Source: Octopus vulgaris (lineage: Eukaryota). From it: 64,000 nt of DNA. The notes under the pieces are model-generated. The model was not told the DNA's origin. It searched no databases and worked only from the letters and a program-made list of their open reading frames with translations. Position numbers and translations under genes: made by a program. The stretch covers positions 27,094,001-27,158,000 of the forward strand of contig OX597821.1 in assembly GCA_951406725.2 (NCBI GenBank). The letters are read 5' to 3'. Each line of letters begins with the position of its first letter. Positions within the stretch are counted from its first letter, which is position 1. Below are positions 55,874 through 64,000 of the stretch, piece after piece.

Positions 55874-55951
<78 letters not shown>

Positions 55952-55968
55952 CTCTATCTATCTATCTG
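55572..55968 (+). repeat. (TATC)n/(TACC)n compound microsatellite
   Basis: Direct reading. Confidence 0.95.
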
Positions 55969-56025
55969 CACATACACGCGCGTGTGCACACATTAATATA
56001 TAATATATCGATTATATATCATATA

Positions 56026-56864
56026 CAGCAATCCCTCGACTATCGCGGGTGTTATGTTCCAAAACCCTCTGCGATAGGTGAAAATCCGCGAAGTAGTAAC
56101 ACTACCGTACACGATGTTTCCTGGGGCTGAAACAACAGCAACATTTATCCCAACCGGAACTGCCATATTATGTTGGCAGATAATCTTTAATTTTAAAGTA
56201 CTGCTATTGTATAGCTCTCAACGAGAAATTTAGTAATGATAAGGTTTCTGTTTTGTAGACTAGTGATAGGCTATGGTATCACTTTGAAAATGATATATTT
56301 TCGAACGGTAGTTTGGCACCGCCATCTCAGCCAAGCAGTTATTCTGTGCCGAAGTGAAGTAACCCAGAAACCGCGGTCCATAGATATTGCTTTTTGCTAG
56401 GTGGGGGTGCTAAACTCCCCTGTTCGAAAATATCAGGACACAGATGCGTGTCGTACAGCCAGCTGGAGACGATGTTTCCTGGGGCAAAACAACAGTAAGA
56501 TTCATTCCAAACGGGTCTGTTATATTATGTTGGCAAATAACCTTTACTTTAGTGTACTCTATATCTCTCGTTGAGAGATCTCATCTACGATACACTACGT
56601 ATTTGTTTTAATATATTTTTATTAATGCGTTATACAATGCAACACTGTACTGTATTTTCATTTATTAATAAATTAATTTTTAGGCGTGAAAATGCTCATT
56701 TTACCACAGAAATAGTTAAAAGCTAACAGATATAAATACCTATCGGTCGCAGGAACCCGCGATATACTGAGGTGTCCGTGATATAAATTTTCATATATTC
56801 GTCACAAAAATCCACAATGTTCTAAGGGCGCGATAAGTGAACCGCAATATGGCGAATGATTATT
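56026..56864. mobile_element. pogo/Tigger-like non-autonomous transposon
   Basis: TA|CAGCAATCCCTCGACTATCGCGG left end, decayed right end ccgcaatatggcgaatgattatt|TA. Internal ~80-bp direct repeat at ~56111 and ~56469. Confidence 0.6.
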
Positions 56865-56896
56865 TATACTATATCATAGTATAAACAATGACCATC

Positions 56897-56927
<31 letters not shown>

Positions 56928-57050
56928 CTCTCTCTGTCTCTCTGTCTCTCTCTCTATCTATCTATCTATCTGACTGGCTATCTAGTTAAGCGTAGAAATA
57001 TGCGCTTGTGTATATACATATATCTATATGTGTTTTGGATTTTATTCATA

Positions 57051-57099
<49 letters not shown>

Positions 57100-57355
57100 A
57101 TGTATATAATGTTATAACTGCCTGAAAGTTCTTTGAGCAAACAAGGTGAAGAGGTAGGTTAGATATGGAAGTGGATGGCAACAAATGTACCAAAGAGAAC
57201 CAGTTGATATCTACATTCGTGAAGCTGTCCATATTTTTTATGGGTGGAGCATAGATGTGGGTATAGGCGCAAAGCTTGCGTCCCAATCACATGATTTCGG
57301 ATTCAGTCCCACTACGAGGCAACTTTGGCAGGTGTATGTGTGTGTGTGTGTGTGC

Positions 57356-57408
<53 letters not shown>

Positions 57409-57794
57409 TGTATCCTTTTGTCTCTATCCTATCTTTACAACCGGTGGTGATTTGCTTAACTCCGCCGACAGAAAGAGTGCCGGGTTGAAAAAATATATAT
57501 ACTCGGTGCGCTTGTTTGACTAAATATTTCAATGGTGTGCCTGACTGAAACATTCGGAGGAAATAAAAGACAAAAAATTGCTTCATATTGGTAGTTTAAT
57601 AATCTTCTAATATTTCGAGAAATGATTCCCCCTTTCAAATATAAGAAAGCTAATTCTCAGTGTTCAGACAAATGTCATGTATTCTGGAATGTTGTGCTAC
57701 AACCTATAATATGTAATTCAATAGTTTTTCACTTTGCTCACATTTATTTCCTTAATCTTACATAGTTTCCGTAACCCTCCAACTTCATTCGTTG

Positions 57795-60395
57795 AACTCT
57801 CCCTTTTCTCTTGAGACTCCATCTGTTGTGATGCTTGATCTTTCGAAAGCTTCGCGGTACTTCACTCTTGAACTCCGTTTGATGTGCTGCAGTATGCATC
57901 TGCTGATCTTGGGAATGCCTCAACTTCCTTCTGTCTTGAGACTCCATTTAGCGTGCTGCCGGATACCTTTGCTGACCTTGAGAAAAAATCTCACCTCGCT
58001 TCTGTCTTGAGACCGTATTTGACGTGTTGCAGCATGCCTTTTTATTATGTTGGGAAAGTCTCATCTTCCTTCTCTCTTGAGACTACATGTTATTTGCAGC
58101 AGCATGCCTTTGCTTATCTTGAGAAAGTCTCATCTCGCCTCCTAACTGAAACTGCTTCTGCTGTGCTGCAGCACTCATTTGCTTCTCTTGGTAAAGTCTC
58201 ATCTCCCTTATCTCTTGAGACTTCATTTGACGCGCTGCAGGGTGCCTTTGCTGATCTTAAGACATTCTCATCTCGCTTCTGTTTTGAGACCACAATTGAT
58301 ATACTGCAGCATGTGTTAGCTGATCTTGGGAAAGTCTCATCACGCTTCGCTTTGAGACTCCATGCATTGACGTGCCTCAGCATACATTTTCTGATCTTGA
58401 GAAAGTCTCATCTCACTGCCCTCTTGAGACTCCATCTAATATGCTGCTGGATTCATCTCCTAATCTTGAGAAAGTCTCATCATGCTTATCACTAGACACT
58501 CCCCTTGACGTGCTGCAGCATACATTTTCTGATTTGGGGAAAGTTCCAACTCCCTTCTGTCTTGATACACCATCTGAAGTGCTTCAGCGTGCATTTTCTT
58601 ATACGGATCTTCCCGCTTCCCACTTGAGACTCCTTCTAATATGCAGCAGCATTCTTTTGCTGATCTTGAGAGGGTCTCATCTCTTTTCCGTATTGATACT
58701 CCATCTGACGTGCTTCAGCGTGCATTTTCTCATCTTGGCGACGGATCTTCCCGCTTCCCACTTGAGACTCCATCTAATATGCTGCAGCAAGCCCTTGTTG
58801 TTCTTGCGACAGTCTCATCTCTTTTCTGTCTTGAGAGTCCATTTGATATGTCGCAATATGAATTTGCTGATCTTGGAAAAGTCTCATCTCGTTTCTGTTG
58901 TAAGGCTCCATTTAATGTGCTGCAGGATGCTTTGCTGACTCTGAAAATGTCTCATCTCATTGCCGTCTTGCGATTCCATTTGATGTCTTGCAGCATATGT
59001 TTGTTGATCTTAAGTAAGTGTCATCTGGCTTCTGTCTTCAGAGTCCATTTGATATGTCGCAACATGCACTTGCTGATCCTGGGAAAGGTTCATCTCCCTT
59101 TTCACTTGAAACTCCATCTGTTGGGCAGCATGCCTTTGCTGATCTTGAAGAAGTTTTATTCCGCTTCTGTCTTGAGACACTAGTTGATGCGCTTCAGCAT
59201 CTGTTTACTGACCTTGGGAACGTCTCACCTTCCCTCTGTCTTGAGATTTCATTTCTCTGTATAGGATTGCTCTTTGGTATAGAAGCAGAGACCGCAAGCG
59301 GAGCTTCCTGTTATAGACGCATGATTCTATCAATACATATATTACACTACAAATTTATACATACCTTTGCTAATCTTGAGAAAGCCTCATCGTGTTTCAC
59401 TCTTGAACTCCGTTTGACGTGTTGCAACGTGGATTTGCTGATCTTGGGAATGTGCCATATACCTTCTGTACTCAGACTCCATCTGACATGCTGCAGCATG
59501 CGTTTGCTGATTTTGAGAAATTCTCATGTCGCTTCTGTAATGAGAGTTCATTTCATGTGTGGCAGCATATGTTTGCTGAACTTAGCTAAAATCCTATCTC
59601 GTTTCTGCCTTGAGACTGCATTTGATGTCCTTTGCCGATCTTGGCAATGTCTCATCTGCCCCATGTGTTGAGATTCCATTTGACGTGCTGCAAGATGCTT
59701 TTGCTGATCTTGAGAAAGTCTCACGTCGCTTCTCTCTTCAGACACCATTCAATGTGCTGCTGCGTGCGTTTGCTGATCTTAGAAAAGTCTCATCTCCTTT
59801 CTCTTGAGACTTTATTTGACGTGCTGAAACACGCCTTGAGGAAGTCGCATCTCGTTTCTGTCTCGAGACTGCATTTTATGTGCTGCAGCATGCATTTGCT
59901 GATGTTGAGAAAGTGTCATCTTTCTATCTTGATACTCCATTTCTGGAACTGCAACATGCTCTGCTGCTCTTAGAAAGTATCAGCTCACTTCTCTCTTGAG
60001 ACTGCATTTTATGTGCTGCAGCATGCTTTTGCTGATCTTAGGAAAGTCTCATTTTGTTTCTTTCTTAATACTCCATTTGCCGTGCTGCAGTATGCTTTTG
60101 CCGATCTTCAGAAAGTCTATATCTCGCTTTTTCTGTTGAGACTCCAATTCAAATGCTGCAGCATGCCTCTGCTGATCTTGCGGAAGTTTCATTCCTCTTC
60201 TGTCTTGAGACACCAGTTGGTGTGCTTCAAGGTTGTGTTTACTGATCTTGGAAACGTCTCACTTTCCCTCTCTCTTGAGACTTCATTTCTCTGAATAGGA
60301 TTGCTCTTTGGTATAGAAGCCGAGACTGCAAGCGGAGCTTCCTGTTATAGACACAGGATTCTATCAATACATGTTACACTACAAAGTTATACATT
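57795..60395 (+). repeat. Diverged 69-bp minisatellite in two higher-order blocks
   Basis: Consensus gctgatcttgagaaagtctcatctcgcttctgtcttgagactccatttgacgtgctgcagcatgcattt. Both blocks end in the same ~120-bp non-monomer segment (~59240-59360, ~60275-60395). Confidence 0.88.
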
Positions 60396-60943
60396 TATAT
60401 AAATGTGTGTGTGTGTCAAATTTATGGGTTAAGAATTAAGATTAAGAAAATATATGTTAAACTTAGTATCCAAACCTTGTTTCAGGATAAGTCCAGGTCG
60501 TGTGTCCGCAGAGCACGTTCACCAATTATGTCAACCGAGCATTTTCAGTGATACTTTGCAATCGGCATTGTATCAGTTCCAGAAATTTCAGGGTGGACTT
60601 AATAGACAAGATGAAATGTACGAAAACAAATAATTTATTACCAGAACAATTGTTCCATCTTCAAGGTGCACTCTTTCCTTGTTGGTGTGGAACGATGCAA
60701 TAACTCCAGATGCAACGCACAGTGCATAGAAGACACCTCAGTTGGGATAATATGGCTAACATTTCGGTTTCGCTTAAAATCAGCTGAAAACTATCTTATC
60801 CCACCTGAGGAGTCTACGATGGACCGTGCGTTATATCTGATGTAATTGCATAGTTCTACCCCCACATCTCCCGAAAGATGAAACAATTATTGTGGTAATA
60901 AATTTTGTATTTTGGTACATTCCGATCTCTCTATTAATCTTTA

Positions 60944-61005
<62 letters not shown>

Positions 61006-61013
<8 letters not shown>

Positions 61014-61301
61014 GTTATGATACTATTGCTATAGGAATAATAAATTTAAGGAAATTTTCGTATCTTATGTTGGACAAATGACGCGACCCATTTGTTTCAC
61101 GAGTCTATAACACTGGCACTTCTAAAAACTGATAAGTAATTCAAAGTTATTTCACTTCATCATTACTTATCAAGTTTTAGAACTGCCAGTGCTATAGGTA
61201 GACTTGTGAAACAAGAAAGTCGTTTCGTTTGTTCAACTTAAGATACGAAAATTTCTTTAAAATGTATTATTCCTACAGCAATAGTATCATAACACTAACA
61301 C
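61006..61301. mobile_element. Imperfect foldback MITE (~135-bp arms)
   Basis: tgttatgatactattgctataggaataat..ttttcgtatctta..tgataagtaat pairs with attacttatca..taagatacgaaaa..attattcctacagcaatagtatcataaca. Confidence 0.8.
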
Positions 61302-61592
61302 TGAGACGAGACGGAAGTGCTAACGAAGTGAATCTCTGTTTAAAGATGTAGACAGGATGTGACAGACAGGTAATCGTACAGATATTCTGCAATATATTTT
61401 GACACGCAATTACATACATACATGCATATATGTATACATATACATACATATATACATACATACATGCATACATACACACGTAAGTACGTACGTAAATAGT
61501 CATTTCTTACATACATACGTATGTACATATATGTATGTATAAGTGTGTATGTATATATATATATGTTTTTCTTACTCATGTTATATATATGT

Positions 61593-61682
<90 letters not shown>

Positions 61683-61698
61683 TACACATATACTTACA

Positions 61699-61746
<48 letters not shown>

Positions 61747-62310
61747 TATGTAATGATATACATATATATGCTTTGTATGTTCATACAATTCAGAAAGAGA
61801 CGCATACATTACACATACACACACACACATATATGTCTCCATACTCTCATAGGCTACATTCATCTACATATTACACATACCTATGCTCTCACGGATATAT
61901 AATTTATCATGTATACTTCTCAATGGTTTCTATATTTACGTATATGCATATACACGAAATTAGGTCCCTGCACTTAATAAGCTAATGGGAAAATAACTTT
62001 CAAGCATTTAAAATTATGACGCTTATAAACAAGAATGAGCATGGATCAATCTTAATCCATTTATACCATTTAATAGAAATCCTGAATCTTAAATTGTCTA
62101 AAATATAATGGATTTATTCGTTCTGCGCAATTGTGAATTTTGCCGGCTGAAATAATGGTGTGGGATTTTAAACATATCTATACTCGATTCATAACCAATG
62201 TCTCCCAATGTGGTTAAGCAATCTAAGTAAAATAGTCGGGGTCCACATTTTTGAGGAACGAGGCGATTTTATTAATTTTATTGCTATGATTCTTTCAAAC
62301 AAATGCAACA

Positions 62311-62712
62311 TGCGCAGGAATGGCTGTGTGGTAAGTAGCTTGCTAACCAACCACATGGTTGCGGGTTCAGTCCCACTGCGTCGCATCTTGGGCAAGTGTC
62401 TTCTGCTATAGCCCCGGGCCGACCAATGCCTTGTGAGTGGATTTGGTAGACGGAAACTGAAAGTAGCCTGTCGTATATATGTATATATATATATATGTGT
62501 GTGTGTTTGTGTGTCTGTGTTTGTCCCCCTAGCATTGCTTGACAACCGATGCTGGTGTGTCTACGTCCCCGCCACTTAGCGGTTCGGCAAAAGAGACCGA
62601 TAGAATAAGTACTGGGCTTACAAAAAATAAGTTCCGGGGTCGATTTGATCGACTAAAGGCGGTGCTCCAGCATGGCCGCAGTCAAATGACTGAAACAAGT
62701 AAAAAAAGAGTA
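62311..62712 (+). mobile_element. Family A tRNA-SINE, full length
   Basis: Closely similar to 25595-26008 along its whole length. Confidence 0.88.
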
Positions 62713-63275
62713 AGAGGTAATATCGACATTGAAAGACTATAGCGAAAAAGAAGGCACTTTTGTTTTTCCAAACAGAGACAGAATGACTTTGGAAATTGTG
62801 ATGTCAGTAAAAATCAAAATCAAGAACAGTAAGAACAACAATCGAACAACACCTCAAGCTTTATGGCTTCTTACTTAAGTCAAGTCCATTTACCTTTAGT
62901 GTATCTATTCTATCACATGATACCCTGTAACATACACAATACTCTACCACCAAGGTTTGAACGTTAAAGAATTTCATCGGATAAGAAGAATAACGTAACA
63001 CTTGTATATATGTCGTATCACTGACAGGGGTATACACAAAAAAAAATTGATAAATACATACACACGTACTCGTGCACACGTGTACTTAGAAATATGCATA
63101 CACACAGACACACACATGCATAAATATGCCCACACATACATATACATCTGTTTTTAACGGAAGGTGTTTAATTTCTCAATTCTATTTGAAATACAACGAA
63201 ATCATTAATATATATTTTTCTCTTATTTTCTTTCAGATCTTGTAATTTTTATAATTAAAGTTGTTGTATTGGCCC

Positions 63276-63400
63276 ATGTTAAATCTAAGTAAAGAACTTG
63301 TTAGTCAAATCATTCACCATGAATTTGAAAACGGTAATAGTGCAAGTGAATCAGCAAAATCACTAGAAAACAGTCATGGTGATGATGTAGGTGACTGAAA
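63276..63400 (+). pseudogene. Mariner transposase N-terminal HTH fragment
   Basis: MLNLSKELVSQIIHHEFENGNSASESAKSLENSHGDDV resembles the mariner N-terminal pattern (YEFxxGxxAxEAxxxIxxxYGDDxV). It stops right after. Confidence 0.5.
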
Positions 63401-64000
63401 AATCATGAAGAACATCACACATACCATATCCCGAACACCCACTAGGGTATCTCAAGCAACTTTATTAGCTTTATCATTGATAACGTTTTAAATTTTGTTA
63501 GCTCTCCAATCTTATTTATCAATTATTTAATGATAAATATTTGGACATGTATACATTTATGTATGTGTATGGATGTTTGTATGTATATATGCATGGATAT
63601 GTAAGTATGTATATATGTGTATGCGTCTACAAGTACGCATATGTTTGCGCTATATATATATGTGCGTATGTGTGTCTGTGTGTGAGCGCATGCGTTCATG
63701 CGTGCGTTTGTTTGTGTGTGATTGTATGCGTATGTATTCAATTGTAGTTTTCACATTCATTTTTTACATCCGAATTCTGCTTGCTACACATAGATATTTA
63801 CAGCGGGCATCTATGTATGCATTCAATTACAGGTAAGTGTATACGTCACATTTTCGTAGCATATAGCATATTTATTTAGCAACTCCCGTTACTTTTTACC
63901 AGAGTTGAACTTATCAGAGATGTACAACTCTTCACCCACGATGATCAGCGCTTTATGAGGGCATTCCTGGCATACTACCAACAATACAGAGTCGAGGCCT

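Noticed and set aside
57884-59671. Overlapping 180-217 aa ORFs as a real LRR gene; also a CRISPR-like reading of the array
   Set aside because: Frequent frame switches, no LxxLxLxxN asparagine, and no unique spacers between repeats. Kept only as a minisatellite finding.
60800-60840. CTGAGGA-gtc..gac hammerhead-like start
   Set aside because: No GAAA and no stem I partner.

Overview
AT-rich, microsatellite-saturated eukaryotic non-coding DNA (intergenic or intronic). The SINE families and repeat landscape suggest an octopus/cephalopod genome (inference). I find no convincing host protein-coding exon, and nearly all listed ORFs are translated microsatellites. The window is a mosaic of mobile elements: a 5'-truncated Tx1/L1-clade LINE inside (TATC)n, a 5'-truncated R4/Dong-clade RLE element inside (TAA)n, an RTE-clade 3' fragment, a Penelope-like GIY-YIG remnant, mariner and Tc1 relics, several MITEs/foldbacks, a non-autonomous Helitron, three tRNA-derived SINE families, a U6 retropseudogene fused to a retroposon 3' tail, and a 69-bp minisatellite with higher-order structure. 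The most striking signal is a near-perfect ~534-bp x3.15 tandem array (46346-48030). Each unit carries a complete type I hammerhead ribozyme on the minus strand, a retrozyme/Penelope-pLTR-like architecture predicted to yield ~534-nt monomers or circles. At least four other hammerhead(-like) families are dispersed in the window, mostly in (TA)n-flanked fragments. Coordinates were read by eye. SINE and degraded-element boundaries are approximate.
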